A DNA stretch of 63,654 nucleotides, filler included, from Lama guanicoe (GCA_013239625.1; 144 parts of 144 records of this genome joined end to end with filler, not necessarily neighbours in it); one strand, 5' to 3'; positions 1 to 12,714 are shown, counted from the first letter of the whole stretch. Notes: generated by a model not told the origin, from the letters alone. Numbers and translations: made by a program.

Positions 1-342
1 TTTTTTTTTGGTTGTTGTTGACCAGAATCATTTGAAGCTACCATGGAGCGAGCACTGAAGTTGGAACTCACAGTCTTGTGGGAGGAAACGATAGTGAAAT
101 ACAAACAGCACAGATGGAGAGACCTGAGAGAAGAATACCTACCTATCAGGGTTACATTGTGAATATGAACAGAATTCAAACTCAAGAAAGCATCTCTTGG
201 AAAAAGAAGGCACCCCCTGTACAGCAGGTACAGGTGAAATCGTTCTCCATCCCCATTGCATGCTTCTTATTTGTGTGGATTTAGACTCCTTACATGCACT
301 CTTGTCCTTTGCTTCCTCTTCTCTGTCTCCTTCAATTCTCTA

Positions 343-442
343 NNNNNNNNNNNNNNNNNNNNNNNNNNNNNNNNNNNNNNNNNNNNTTAATTAATTAANN
401 NNNNNNNNNNNNNNNNNNNNNNNNNNNNNNNNNNNNNNNNNN
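343..442. other. Artificial contig-joining spacer N44-TTAATTAATTAA-N44 (first of about 143 identical copies, last at 63211-63310)
   Basis: Identical 100-bp unit recurs every ~442-444 bp. The palindromic core gives TAA in all six frames and produces the XXXX-LIN/N tails in the ORF track. Confidence 0.99.
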
Positions 443-783
443 CCATTCTTCTGTTGGACACTTCAGTTACTTCCATATTTAGGTAAAGAATGCTGCTATG
501 AACATTAGGGTGCATGAATCTTTTCAAATTGTTTTTGTTTTTTTCAGATATATGCCCAGCAGAATTGCTGGGTCATATGGTAGTTGGCCATCTGCATGTC
601 CTCTCTGGAAAAAAATATCTGCTCAGGATGAACTGTTTGTATACTCTTGATATTAGCCCCTTAAAAGGCAGACAATTTGCAAATATTTCCTCCCATTCAA
701 TAGGTGGTCTTTCTGTTGTGTGGATGGTTTCTTCTGCTGTGCAAAAGCTTATAAGTTTAACTAGGTCCCACTTGTTTATTTTT
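443..783 (-). mobile_element. LINE-1 fragment (ORF2 3' region), internally deleted
   Basis: Antisense L1 motifs: tgctgctatgaacattagggtgcatg, gctgggtcatatggtagtt, tttgcaaatatttcctcccattc, gctgtgcaaaagctt. Confidence 0.85.
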
Positions 784-1325
784 NNNNNNNNNNNNNNNNN
801 NNNNNNNNNNNNNNNNNNNNNNNNNNNTTAATTAATTAANNNNNNNNNNNNNNNNNNNNNNNNNNNNNNNNNNNNNNNNNNNNTTGAATGATGACCACCA
901 TGTAAAATAATGACCATCCTATGTCTTGATAATCTTAACAAAAATGATATCCCTCTATTTCTAGTTTTTTTCTGCACAGCATTCATCAATACTTTCTGAT
1001 ATGCATACAGACATACCTATGTGTGTATGTGTATTACATGTGTTTATTTGACTATTGCCTACTTCTTCCAGAGATGAAGCTTCAGGAAAGTAGTAACTGT
1101 CTAGTTTTTTCAGCATGATAAGACACGGTGCTAAGTCACGGTGAGACTCATGGTGGAAATTCTGTACATAGATAAGTAGGGAATATGCAAAATGTATGTA
1201 TTCAAACCAGTAACAGTGATCAAAANNNNNNNNNNNNNNNNNNNNNNNNNNNNNNNNNNNNNNNNNNNNTTAATTAATTAANNNNNNNNNNNNNNNNNNN
1301 NNNNNNNNNNNNNNNNNNNNNNNNN

Positions 1326-1667
1326 AAAAAAAAACAATGAGTCAATGAAAAAATCAAAGAAGAAATGAAAAAAATACCTTAAGATGAATCAAAAAAGCGA
1401 CATGACTTTCCAGAATCTAGGGAACAAAGCAAAATCAGTTCTAAGCTGGAATTTATAGCAATACAGACCTCAAGAAACAAGAAAAATCTGTAATTAACTT
1501 CTTAAATTTCCACCTAAATGAATTATAAAAGAAGAACAAACAAAGCCGAAAGTTAGCAGACTGAAGGAAATAATAAAATCAGAGCAGAAATAAACGGAAT
1601 AGAGACCAAAATAGAAAAGATCAATGAAACTAAGAGCTGTTTTTGTTTTTTTGAAATGATAAAAAAA
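1326..1667 (+). mobile_element. LINE-1 ORF2 fragment (end of endonuclease/linker region), degenerate
   Basis: A-rich sense L1 sequence: ccagaatctagggaacaaagcaaaatcagttctaag, aaagaagaacaaacaaagccgaaagttagcag, aaaagatcaatgaaactaagagctg. Confidence 0.9.
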
Positions 1668-2526
1668 NNNNNNNNNNNNNNNNNNNNNNNNNNNNNNNNN
1701 NNNNNNNNNNNTTAATTAATTAANNNNNNNNNNNNNNNNNNNNNNNNNNNNNNNNNNNNNNNNNNNNCCTCTTTCATATATCAATAGTAAGATTATAAAT
1801 TTGCTTGCCAAGTCTTAAAGGAAATTTCTTAGTGTACACATGTCAAGAATCTTAAAAGTATTGATACATGTGATCCAATAATTTCATGTCTAAAAATTTA
1901 TTCTAAATTCAACTATGGAAATAATCAGTGATATAGACAAAGTTTTGTATTTATATTATAGCATTATTTATATATTATTATTTATACATATAATATTTAT
2001 ATATTATTATTTATAGTCAACTGATTTTCCACAATAGTGGAAAAGTCAATTAAATGCACAAAGGATAGCCTTTTCAAAAAAATTTGGTTGGGACAATTAC
2101 ATACCAACANNNNNNNNNNNNNNNNNNNNNNNNNNNNNNNNNNNNNNNNNNNNTTAATTAATTAANNNNNNNNNNNNNNNNNNNNNNNNNNNNNNNNNNN
2201 NNNNNNNNNCAGGTTTGCAGGCTTCCATTCAATATCGTCAAGTTCCAAGAGCAGGAGTGACCTCAGCAACACATGGCTTCACCCACTGAGGTGTCACTCA
2301 GGATCAGCCAGACGGAAGAGACACGGAGAGCAAGGTATGGGGGAGTCCCTGCCCTCCCCGGGCTGCAGTTCTCTGGGAGCCTCCGTGTGTTCACCAGCCT
2401 GGAGGTTCCCTGGCTGGCTCTTTCCAGATCTTCACCTGGTTCCATGTGGGGGTCTTTTCTTTCAACCTGATTCATTTCTCCAGAAAGGAACCCTCCAGCT
2501 TCAAACCCAGGGTTAAAATGCAGCAT

Positions 2527-2551
2527 GTGAGGGTGAGGGTGAGGGTGAGGG
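2527..2551 (+). repeat. (TGAGGG)n hexamer repeat truncated at contig end
   Basis: gtgagggtgagggtgagggtgaggg runs into the spacer. Confidence 0.85.
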
Positions 2552-3353
2552 NNNNNNNNNNNNNNNNNNNNNNNNNNNNNNNNNNNNNNNNNNNNTTAAT
2601 TAATTAANNNNNNNNNNNNNNNNNNNNNNNNNNNNNNNNNNNNNNNNNNNNGATCTTTCTAATAACATTTTCTTTCTCTAATTCATACAGCACAAATGTA
2701 CTCCATAAATTAAAAAAGAAAAAAAGTCATACAGCCAGGAGGAATGAATGAAGCTATTGTAAAATGATGTGAATAGGAATGAAAATCTCAAGCTACATTT
2801 TTCTTTTCAAGGGTAGGGGGGACACTAAATCTCCCAGTGGCAAGCAGGGTGCATTATGTCTCCAAGGGGTGGGAAGCGGACGCCTGAGTGGGAACAGTGC
2901 CCTTTGAAAGGGTGAAATGGGAGTGCCAAGGTTTGGAATCACGCTCCCTAGAGATCGCGCGGGGCGGCTGCACAACAAGGGCCTTCTGTGTGGNNNNNNN
3001 NNNNNNNNNNNNNNNNNNNNNNNNNNNNNNNNNNNNNTTAATTAATTAANNNNNNNNNNNNNNNNNNNNNNNNNNNNNNNNNNNNNNNNNNNNCTGGAAC
3101 CTTTCCATCAAAAGATCTGTATTTCTCCTGCTAAAGAAAATTTTCATCTATTATTTGTCAGCTATGCCCTCGCTTCTTTTTATTCTTTCTGGAACTCCCA
3201 TTGGCATCGTGTTGGATGCCTAGCCCTCTACCTCCTGTCTTAGCTCTGGTTCCCAATTTTCCAACTCTGTCTTCTTTACTGGTCAGAGTGGGAGGTTCCT
3301 GGGCTCTAGTCCCAAGCACCAGCATGGGTTCAGCTCCATTACCTAAGCATGAC

Positions 3354-3434
3354 TTTTTTCCTTAATTGACATATAGTCAGTTACAATGTGTCAGTTTCTG
3401 GTGTGCAGCATCATATTTCAGTCATACATACATA
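3354..3434 (-). mobile_element. L1 3' terminus (same family as 4419, 13699, 38037, 39808)
   Basis: ttaattgacatatagtcagttacaatgtgtcagtttctggtgtgcagcat is the reverse complement of the L1 3' end seen in sense elsewhere in the window. Confidence 0.75.
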
Positions 3435-3534
3435 NNNNNNNNNNNNNNNNNNNNNNNNNNNNNNNNNNNNNNNNNNNNTTAATTAATTAANNNNNNNNNN
3501 NNNNNNNNNNNNNNNNNNNNNNNNNNNNNNNNNN

Positions 3535-3876
3535 TAGTTCCTATGATCTAGTTTTACATCCATACCTGAAGCTTTAACTGCTCCTTCTGTCTATGCAACA
3601 CCATGAGAAATATTCCTGGATCTTAATCACAAACTCCCCAATTTCTACAACCTATTTGCCACAAGTAGTGCCTGAAACACTTTAGCACCCTCCCCTATCT
3701 TTCACCCAGCTAGCTCTAAGTCATTCTCCAGGTCCCAGCTTAGACAGCACTTCCTCCAGGAAACCAGCCCAGACTAGTCCTCAAAGCTTTGCTCCATTTT
3801 TAAGGGTATAAAGGGTAGCACTCTGCACCTCATCATTCAATAAATGTGATTACTTTCCTGTTAGACTGTAAACACT
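3535..3876 (+). mobile_element. L2 LINE 3' region, degenerate
   Basis: tcattctccaggtcccagcttagacagcacttcctccaggaaacc ... ttagactgtaa resembles the L2 3' consensus. Confidence 0.65.
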
Positions 3877-4418
3877 NNNNNNNNNNNNNNNNNNNNNNNN
3901 NNNNNNNNNNNNNNNNNNNNTTAATTAATTAANNNNNNNNNNNNNNNNNNNNNNNNNNNNNNNNNNNNNNNNNNNNGGGCACAGAGCAGGCCTACTTTAA
4001 CCCTCCCACAAGGGCCTTTGCTTCCAAGAAGAAAAAGGCAAATGCTGGCACTGAGCTTATTTCCTCATGACTACAGTCAGCCCCTAGTGCATTTACCACC
4101 TTCAACAAAAATGGGTGAGCATCTCTGCTTCACAAAGTCTTCAGCCATTTTTACTTGCTCCAGAATATGGGCCAAACGTAGGGCCTCTTAGATTTATAGG
4201 GGTTTGGTGCCAAGAAATTGTTACGACCATCCTCTTGGTGGCTGATATTTTTTTCACTGGAAACAAATTGAGTGGCTCAGCCTCCACCCTGAGACCCAAG
4301 TGGGTGCTCGTAGGGGAANNNNNNNNNNNNNNNNNNNNNNNNNNNNNNNNNNNNNNNNNNNNTTAATTAATTAANNNNNNNNNNNNNNNNNNNNNNNNNN
4401 NNNNNNNNNNNNNNNNNN

Positions 4419-4497
4419 TGCTGTACACATGAAACTAACATTGTAAACTGACTACACTTCAATAAAACATAAGAATTAAAAAAAAAAAAAAGAAAAA
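4419..4497 (+). mobile_element. L1 3' terminus with poly(A) tail
   Basis: tgctgtacacatgaaactaacattgtaaactgactacacttcaataaa followed by an A-tract. Confidence 0.85.
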
Positions 4498-6186
4498 GCC
4501 CAACAGACAAGAATGGAAGTAGAACAAATGGCTGGGAGGCCAGGGTAGCATTTGGGTGGGCAAGAGTAGAGGCCTTGGCTAGACTGACAGCAGTGGAGAT
4601 AGAAGTAGAATCAGGACGTATTTTTTCGGTGCAGATAGAAGTAGAATCAGGACTAGGATTTGCTAATAGATTAGCTGTAGATATGAGGCAGAGCACCTGT
4701 TATTTAGCGCGTGTTGATTTGGGGGTACCACAGTGAGGCATTTCTCTCAAGAACACAGATNNNNNNNNNNNNNNNNNNNNNNNNNNNNNNNNNNNNNNNN
4801 NNNNTTAATTAATTAANNNNNNNNNNNNNNNNNNNNNNNNNNNNNNNNNNNNNNNNNNNNTCCACACCAGAGTATTAAGAAAGACACTGGGAAACAGTGA
4901 CAATAAACATTTGTATGTCTTAAGAAGGTGGACATGGACAAATGTGAAAAATAACTTAAAAACAAGAGCAATGAACAAATCTGCAAAGCTATTCTGTCAA
5001 TTCATTGGAAAAAAGTTAAGCATCAAACTTCACCTAGAAATTCTCAGTATCAGGATATTGTTACCAATGTTAAGAAAATTTAAATGGTATTTTGAATACT
5101 GATACATTTCTAGAAAAATATAAATTATACAAATCTAATTGTAAAATTTTAAGTACTTTGAACAATATGGAGATTTGGACATTGTCTAATTCTAGAAATG
5201 ATNNNNNNNNNNNNNNNNNNNNNNNNNNNNNNNNNNNNNNNNNNNNTTAATTAATTAANNNNNNNNNNNNNNNNNNNNNNNNNNNNNNNNNNNNNNNNNN
5301 NNGTACTTTACATTATATCAACATGTGGGCTTTTTATTGACTATGTGATTAACCAGGAGTTCCAAGTGCTTAGTGAAGTGTTTTTGCAGTTGAGAGGCCT
5401 GGGGGATAGGATGAGACACAGAGATGCTTAGAATTTGTAGGAATTTGGACTGGGATTTCCACATCTTTGAGCCTCAGTTGTTGGTTCTGTGAAAGAGCTT
5501 TGGTGATATTTACTTGGAATTTATGTATTTATTCTGTAAACTCAGGGCACCCACTAGGTGCCAGATCCTAACCTGGGGAGTGTGAACACAAAGATGAGCC
5601 TCTGCTTCTGAGACTCTTCCAGCAAGTTGGGTTCCAGTAGACTTNNNNNNNNNNNNNNNNNNNNNNNNNNNNNNNNNNNNNNNNNNNNTTAATTAATTAA
5701 NNNNNNNNNNNNNNNNNNNNNNNNNNNNNNNNNNNNNNNNNNNNGGAAGCAGCTCATAAATATTATAATTAACTGCCTTGCATTTTGTTCCCCCATATAT
5801 TTTTATCTTTGCATTGGCACCAGATAAAAATATGTCAAAGGTGAGATAGAAGGATGGACTTATTTTAAATCTTAGGAGAAAACCTGCGTTCTGTTCCCTT
5901 AGCTGTTCTGTGCCTTTTATGGGGACCAAGTAACATGTGAGAAGTAAAGGTGGAGGAAACGGCCCCATTTTAAATCTTGGGTGAACCTGACTGTGACATA
6001 CTGGGTTTACCTAAAAATTAAATGGCACTTTCATGCATCTTCTCAGTGAAAGTTCTATTTTAAAAACCTCTAAAGATCAGAAGTCTNNNNNNNNNNNNNN
6101 NNNNNNNNNNNNNNNNNNNNNNNNNNNNNNTTAATTAATTAANNNNNNNNNNNNNNNNNNNNNNNNNNNNNNNNNNNNNNNNNNNN

Positions 6187-6510
6187 TATTATTCTTCTTT
6201 ATTATTATTTATTGTGTTTAAATTGTCCTTGATTTGGTCAATGGAAGCCCCTCAGGCTGGCTTCTGTCCTTTTGATGCGCCCCCTCAATGTTTAGGGTTT
6301 TCTTCCTTTCTAGCGTGAGATGTTCCAGAGTCAGCATGTGCTTTCCCAGCCCTGGAGACAGCATTTCTCCAAGAAGCCCTGGTTCTTTTCAGTGGAAAAT
6401 GATATTTATAAGCCAAGATTTGTGCACAAAGTGTACTTACTGCTATTAGAGTGTCACTGTTTCTAAAGCATAAGAGTGGAAAGAAACAGGCAATATGTGT
6501 ATTTATACCA
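6187..6510 (-). mobile_element. Old L1M (L1ME/MD-like) 3' UTR fragment
   Basis: catttctccaagaagccctggttcttttcagtggaaaatgatattta is a typical antisense L1ME motif. Confidence 0.65.
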
Positions 6511-7070
6511 ACGCACACACACACACACNNNNNNNNNNNNNNNNNNNNNNNNNNNNNNNNNNNNNNNNNNNNTTAATTAATTAANNNNNNNNNNNNNNNN
6601 NNNNNNNNNNNNNNNNNNNNNNNNNNNNTTCTAGGTAACTACTCACAATTTTATTTGTAAAAAAATACAAATAAAGTTTGCCCTATTTATTTACTGAGTA
6701 TTTTCAGACATTTACCTAATATGTGATTTAAAATAAAGGTTCTGAGTCATATAATTTTCATGAAATTGCCTCAAAAGTGGTTAACTTAGGAAACCGAATG
6801 TCTGATTAAGATGCATTAGAAATCTTAAGAAAAAACAATGTTACATATGAGATGATAAGAATGAGAGCTAGTATAATGAAGACATTAGGGAAATGGTTTT
6901 AATAACTGCAGAACTTCAGTAGAACATTAACTTGCCTTTTTCTACATCAGAAGTAGCTACCATTGTTTCTNNNNNNNNNNNNNNNNNNNNNNNNNNNNNN
7001 NNNNNNNNNNNNNNTTAATTAATTAANNNNNNNNNNNNNNNNNNNNNNNNNNNNNNNNNNNNNNNNNNNN

Positions 7071-7412
7071 AGCAACCTTGTGGGTCAGACTCACTTTACC
7101 TGTGATTGGGTTGTACATGGCATGTGACCAAACTCTGGGTAATGAGATGTAAATGGATATTTACTAGGGGACTTTGGGCAAAGGTTTATTTGTTTTTATA
7201 AAGAGACATGCTAAAAGGAAGGGTCTCTTCCCACATTTGAATACAATACCTGGAAATGAAGTGATCCTCCTACAAACGTGAGGAGAGAGGACTAAGAACA
7301 AATCCAGCAAACTGAGAATGGCAGATCACAAATCAACTGGCAGAAACACAGGGCTCTGATGATGTACGTGAGCAGCTGAAGTAACTCTTGAAACATCCCA
7401 TTTTAAGATTCC
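7071..7412. mobile_element. MaLR LTR (MLT1J/K-like)
   Basis: ggcatgtgaccaaactctgggtaatgagatgtaa ... gagaatggcaga ... gggctctgatgatgtacgtgagcagctgaa. Confidence 0.65.
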
Positions 7413-7514
7413 NNNNNNNNNNNNNNNNNNNNNNNNNNNNNNNNNNNNNNNNNNNNTTAATTAATTAANNNNNNNNNNNNNNNNNNNNNNNNNNNNNNNN
7501 NNNNNNNNNNNNTT

Positions 7515-7853
7515 GGTGGTGCTGAGATTTGCCTCCTGGTCGTCATGGCTTATGACCGCTATGTGGCCATCTGCAAACCTTTACATTATTCCACAATCAT
7601 GAATAAGAGAGTGTGTGTTCTGTTACTGCTATTGGCCTGTGTTGGTGGGTTTTTACATGCTGTAGCTCATCCTTCCTCTGTTTATAACCTTCCCTTCTGT
7701 GGTCCCAATGTCATTGACCACTTTGTCTGTGACATGTACCCCTTGTTAAAACTTGCTTGCACTGACACCTACATTATTGGTCTCACTGTACTTGCCAATG
7801 ATGGGGCAATGTGTGTGGTCATCTTTATGCTCTTACTCATCTCCTATGGGGTC
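7515..7853 (+). CDS. Olfactory receptor, family 4 (OR4A-like), internal fragment TM3-TM5
   Basis: Open across the whole contig: [30 protein letters not shown]...[28 protein letters not shown]...LLLISYGV. Canonical OR motifs with OR4-type flanks. Confidence 0.95.
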
Positions 7854-8557
7854 ANNNNNNNNNNNNNNNNNNNNNNNNNNNNNNNNNNNNNNNNNNNNTT
7901 AATTAATTAANNNNNNNNNNNNNNNNNNNNNNNNNNNNNNNNNNNNNNNNNNNNATATATATATATATGTACATCCGTATACAGGTAGGAGTCTCCATCT
8001 GTGTGTGTGTGTGTAGCAATAACATTACAGGGTCAAACTTTAATAAATAAGAATCTAAACTTAATCGTACCTAGGTCTTTCATTTTAATACCAACAGGTC
8101 AACTTCCACATGCCTCATGCCACGCAGTGATCTCTGTGATGGAAAGTGTTTCAGGAGCCTGAAGGACCGTACAGTTATTGCAAAGATAACTTTTCTCCTC
8201 TCAGTTAAAGCCCTCACTGTCCATGGGCTGACTACTCTTTGAACTTAGAGCTGACTTCCCGCAGCCTTCTGTTACATTTGGGCACCATCTCAGTTGNNNN
8301 NNNNNNNNNNNNNNNNNNNNNNNNNNNNNNNNNNNNNNNNTTAATTAATTAANNNNNNNNNNNNNNNNNNNNNNNNNNNNNNNNNNNNNNNNNNNNACGT
8401 GACTCTTCCAGAACCTTACAACCTCTCATATTTCAGGCAGACACTTCCTGGTGTTTTGCTGTAAATGCAGGTTCCCAAACAGGCTTTTCCCTCCCCAAAC
8501 TGCCAGGCAGAGGCCAGGCAGCGGCACTGTGTGGAGCAGGCCCCAGGGAGGCCTTAC

Positions 8558-8644
8558 ACTCTGCAGTCCTCCCTCAGTACCCGCCCCGCGAAGTTCTGCA
8601 GCTGCAGCACTTTGACCAGGAGGCACTTGCTGGCACTGTCGAGC
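8558..8644 (-). CDS. Candidate 87-nt internal coding exon of an unidentified gene
   Basis: Acceptor ttttcttttccag and donor gtaagg on the minus strand. Length divisible by 3. One frame gives LDSASKCLLVKVLQLQNFAGRVLREDCRV with strong G/C third-position bias. Confidence 0.45.
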
Positions 8645-10164
8645 CTGGAAAAGAAAACCAAATTCACAGACTGACGGCACACTCCCCAAGGGGGAGAAAT
8701 TCTTCCACTCAAACTACTGCAGTGGCCCTCGACGGAGGNNNNNNNNNNNNNNNNNNNNNNNNNNNNNNNNNNNNNNNNNNNNTTAATTAATTAANNNNNN
8801 NNNNNNNNNNNNNNNNNNNNNNNNNNNNNNNNNNNNNNCCCTGCTGCTTTGTACTTGGCCTCTTTACAAAAACCAGTCCATTTACTGCTCCGACAGCTCT
8901 GTGAGGTAGAACACATTGTCCCGATTTCACAGATGAAGTGCTGAAGCTGGTTCACTAACGTACCCACTATCTTGGAGCTAATCTGTGGTGGAATTTGTAT
9001 GAGAGAGGTCATCTGAATCAAAATACTTGCGTGTCACCGTGGAGCTATGGTGTTTGGGAGATCTAAAAAGAGATGACATCTGAACAGGCAGACCTAACAG
9101 GAGAGGAATGAAGAAATGTTAATGGAGCTTAAACCGGGGAGTGACCTAAGCAGGCTGACACGGCAGGGAATCACTCTGGCNNNNNNNNNNNNNNNNNNNN
9201 NNNNNNNNNNNNNNNNNNNNNNNNTTAATTAATTAANNNNNNNNNNNNNNNNNNNNNNNNNNNNNNNNNNNNNNNNNNNNAGCTAGAATCTCAGTGAGAT
9301 CCATGTAGTCTCTAAGGCATGATTTCATCTAAACAGAGGAGGTAACTGCACCATATGGCTGCAAAGTCCAGGAGAAGGTGGGCTTTAAAGAGTTTCAGAC
9401 TTTTCTGCCAAGATACCTACATTCCAAGTCACAAAGTCATATTCTTTCTCTATCCAGGGCACTAAGTTTGGCCCAGAAGACTGAGAGAGACCATGTCTTC
9501 GGTCTCTTCTTTATGCAGTACCTGTATACTATGCTTATGGCTACAAACCACATTTTTATCAAAGACTTTTCTGCAGTTGCAGAAATAAGATGTTCTTTCT
9601 ACACTGCTTTTGAGGTTTTCTGNNNNNNNNNNNNNNNNNNNNNNNNNNNNNNNNNNNNNNNNNNNNTTAATTAATTAANNNNNNNNNNNNNNNNNNNNNN
9701 NNNNNNNNNNNNNNNNNNNNNNTGATTTTCTGAAGGGGATAAATCATTTACTAAACTTTCAAGTTCTTCTAGTTGTATTCTATCCAAGTTTTCAGTCAAT
9801 TTCATAGATAACTTTCAGTCAATTTTCATAGGCAACATTTTATTAAAATACTGGTGATTGTATTGTAAAATTTATGTTTATGATGTGGAAGGGGTTATAT
9901 ATTTTTGGAATATCAGCTTTTATATTTAAGTCTCTTCTTTCTCCTTCATTTTTATTTATTCCTTTCTGTATCCAGTTTCTTGAGTTTAATACTTAATTAT
10001 TTCTTTTGTACTTCCTTTATAGTTTGATATCTTCTAACCATGGACATGGTACAACTCTGTTTTGNNNNNNNNNNNNNNNNNNNNNNNNNNNNNNNNNNNN
10101 NNNNNNNNTTAATTAATTAANNNNNNNNNNNNNNNNNNNNNNNNNNNNNNNNNNNNNNNNNNNN

Positions 10165-10506
10165 TCTTTTCTCCATTGTATACTCTTGCTTCCTTTGTTG
10201 AAGATTAATTGACCATAGGTCTGTCTATTTCTAGGCTCTCTGTTCTGTTCTATTGATCCATATGTCTGTTTTTGTGCCAATATCATGCTCTTTGATTACT
10301 TGTACCTCTGTAGTACTGTCTGAAGTCTGGGAGGGTTATCCCTCCAGCTTTGTTCTTTTTCTTGCTTTGGCAATCCTGGGTCTTTTGTGATTCCATATAA
10401 ATTTTAGAATTATTTAGTCTACACTGTTGGTGGGAATGCAGTTTTGTGCAGTCATTTTGGAAAACAGTATGGAGATCCCTCAAAAAACTAAAAATAGACT
10501 TACCAT
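10165..10506. mobile_element. LINE-1 ORF2 with internal inversion junction (antisense 10165-10420, sense 10419-10506)
   Basis: Left part encodes [18 protein letters not shown] on the minus strand. Right part is the sense C-terminal region (cactgttggtgggaatgc = HCWWEC). Confidence 0.85.
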
Positions 10507-12374
10507 NNNNNNNNNNNNNNNNNNNNNNNNNNNNNNNNNNNNNNNNNNNNTTAATTAATTAANNNNNNNNNNNNNNNNNNNNNNNNNNNNNNNNNNNNNN
10601 NNNNNNACTCTCTGTACATCCAGCTGTAGAATCATTGCTACTGAAGAGTGGGAGACAAATCTAAGTTGTCTGCTTTCTAAGAAGTGAAAATCCTGGAATA
10701 GCTTTCACTTTTTCAACCTTGATCACATAGGGGGAAAACAGAACTGAGTGCAGCAACTATGGGACCCACTGCGAGGTCCATTTGAACAGTGTAAAAGAAA
10801 CTCATTTGGCCACAGAATCACACAAGAAAACAATTCTACATCTGTTACTGAGTCAGAGGGTGATGTATGAGCAATTGCAGAGATATGAGGGAATTTCTGT
10901 GACTAATGGAAAGACCAGAGGAGGTATCAGAATTCAGTCTGGGGAAGTNNNNNNNNNNNNNNNNNNNNNNNNNNNNNNNNNNNNNNNNNNNNTTAATTAA
11001 TTAANNNNNNNNNNNNNNNNNNNNNNNNNNNNNNNNNNNNNNNNNNNNTGGTCCAGTGTATGCAATTGACTCTGCTGCTTGAGCAGTCAAGTAGCAGGAG
11101 GGGACAGAGGTCATGATCATGGCATTCGGGACACAGAGACGTTAGGCTGGGCTTTCCTATGACCATTGTATGGGCATCATTGACCTGGGAAGGGTGAAAA
11201 AGTCAAGCATTGATCTCAGTAGAAATGACCTGCTGTCCACCAGAATTCAGGCTGGGGGGCTGAACAATTCAGAGATAACTAAAAGACAAAAAGGCATTCA
11301 TCTAGAACATATCAGTCTTATGTGCTGATTCATGCCAAATGGAGTTTGAGACAAAATGGATTGGGTGCAATTTTTCTAATCACTTTTTTGNNNNNNNNNN
11401 NNNNNNNNNNNNNNNNNNNNNNNNNNNNNNNNNNTTAATTAATTAANNNNNNNNNNNNNNNNNNNNNNNNNNNNNNNNNNNNNNNNNNNNATTACAATAG
11501 GGCAAGGCAGAGGAAAGAGAAATTACCAGAAAGTAGTGCCTGAAGTTGCATAAACGGTATTTCATGGAAAGCTTTACTCTGATTAAAAATATATACAAAT
11601 ATGTATAATCTTCAAAAACATATCCCAAAGGCTGGAACTGCGTCCTTCTAAGGTCCCCCTCCCGACCCTTGGCTGCACAGCTGCAGTTTGCTCTCACCTG
11701 CTTACATTCCTGGCTCTTCCATTTCCCTCCATCCTGTCCAGCCCTGAGCCCCACTGGATCGTCACACCCCGGATTCAGAACGGCCCCCGTCCCTGAGTGG
11801 TCTGAAGTAGGAAAGATTAGCTCTGGAACAGCNNNNNNNNNNNNNNNNNNNNNNNNNNNNNNNNNNNNNNNNNNNNTTAATTAATTAANNNNNNNNNNNN
11901 NNNNNNNNNNNNNNNNNNNNNNNNNNNNNNNNTGTGAGCTCGAAATATATTTGGAAAAATGTAATATGTCCAGGGAGACTTTAATATTACCAGATAGCAT
12001 TGATTAAGATTGTTGATAATCAGAATGTACTTCTGAGAAATTGGTAGTGTAAACTGACTACATAACCTTTCCAGTGAAATAAAGGAAGCAGCATGGGGTA
12101 GGTGCTAACATCAGGGAAGAAAGCCTTCCATATACTCAAACTTAAATGGTGTTTCGAAAAGAGGAACGAGATTGCAGGGCATTTCATGGCTAATCTCTAT
12201 CTTTCCATGGGAAGAAAAGAGATGCAATGTGATTAATAAAGGAAATCCTGAGAAGTCTCATTAGTGTCTCCTAANNNNNNNNNNNNNNNNNNNNNNNNNN
12301 NNNNNNNNNNNNNNNNNNTTAATTAATTAANNNNNNNNNNNNNNNNNNNNNNNNNNNNNNNNNNNNNNNNNNNN

Positions 12375-12714
12375 TTTTCATTAAAGGTTATTACAAGATA
12401 TTGAATATAGTTCCTTGTGCTAAAAAATTGGTTTTTTAATCTATTTTTAGATATAGTGGTTAACATTTGCATATCTCAAACTCCCAAATTTATCTATTCC
12501 CACCTCTTTCCCCTAGTAATCATAAGTTTGTTTATTATGTCTGCAAGTCTGTTTCTGTTTTGTAGAGGAGTTTATTATTGTCCTCTTTTATCTTTTTATT
12601 TTAGATTCCACATATGTGTGACATCATATAGTATTTTTCCTTCTCTTTCTGGCTTACTTCACTTTGATGATCTCCAAGTCCATTCATGCTGCTGCAAATG
12701 GCATTATTTTATTC
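12375..12714 (-). mobile_element. L1 3' UTR fragment
   Basis: ttattacaagatattgaatatagttcc, ttttagattccacatatgtgtgacatcatatagtattt, gctgcaaatggcattatttt. Confidence 0.85.

Noticed and set aside
143..216. Possible 74-nt minus-strand exon (acag|...|gtaggt; GVPSFSKRCFLEFEFCSYSQCNPD)
   Set aside because: Weak polypyrimidine tract, no recognisable homology, and two frames equally open.
4593..4653. Direct repeat agatagaagtagaatcaggac with a 36-bp period
   Set aside because: Small local duplication inside a degenerate L2-like sequence; no functional sign.
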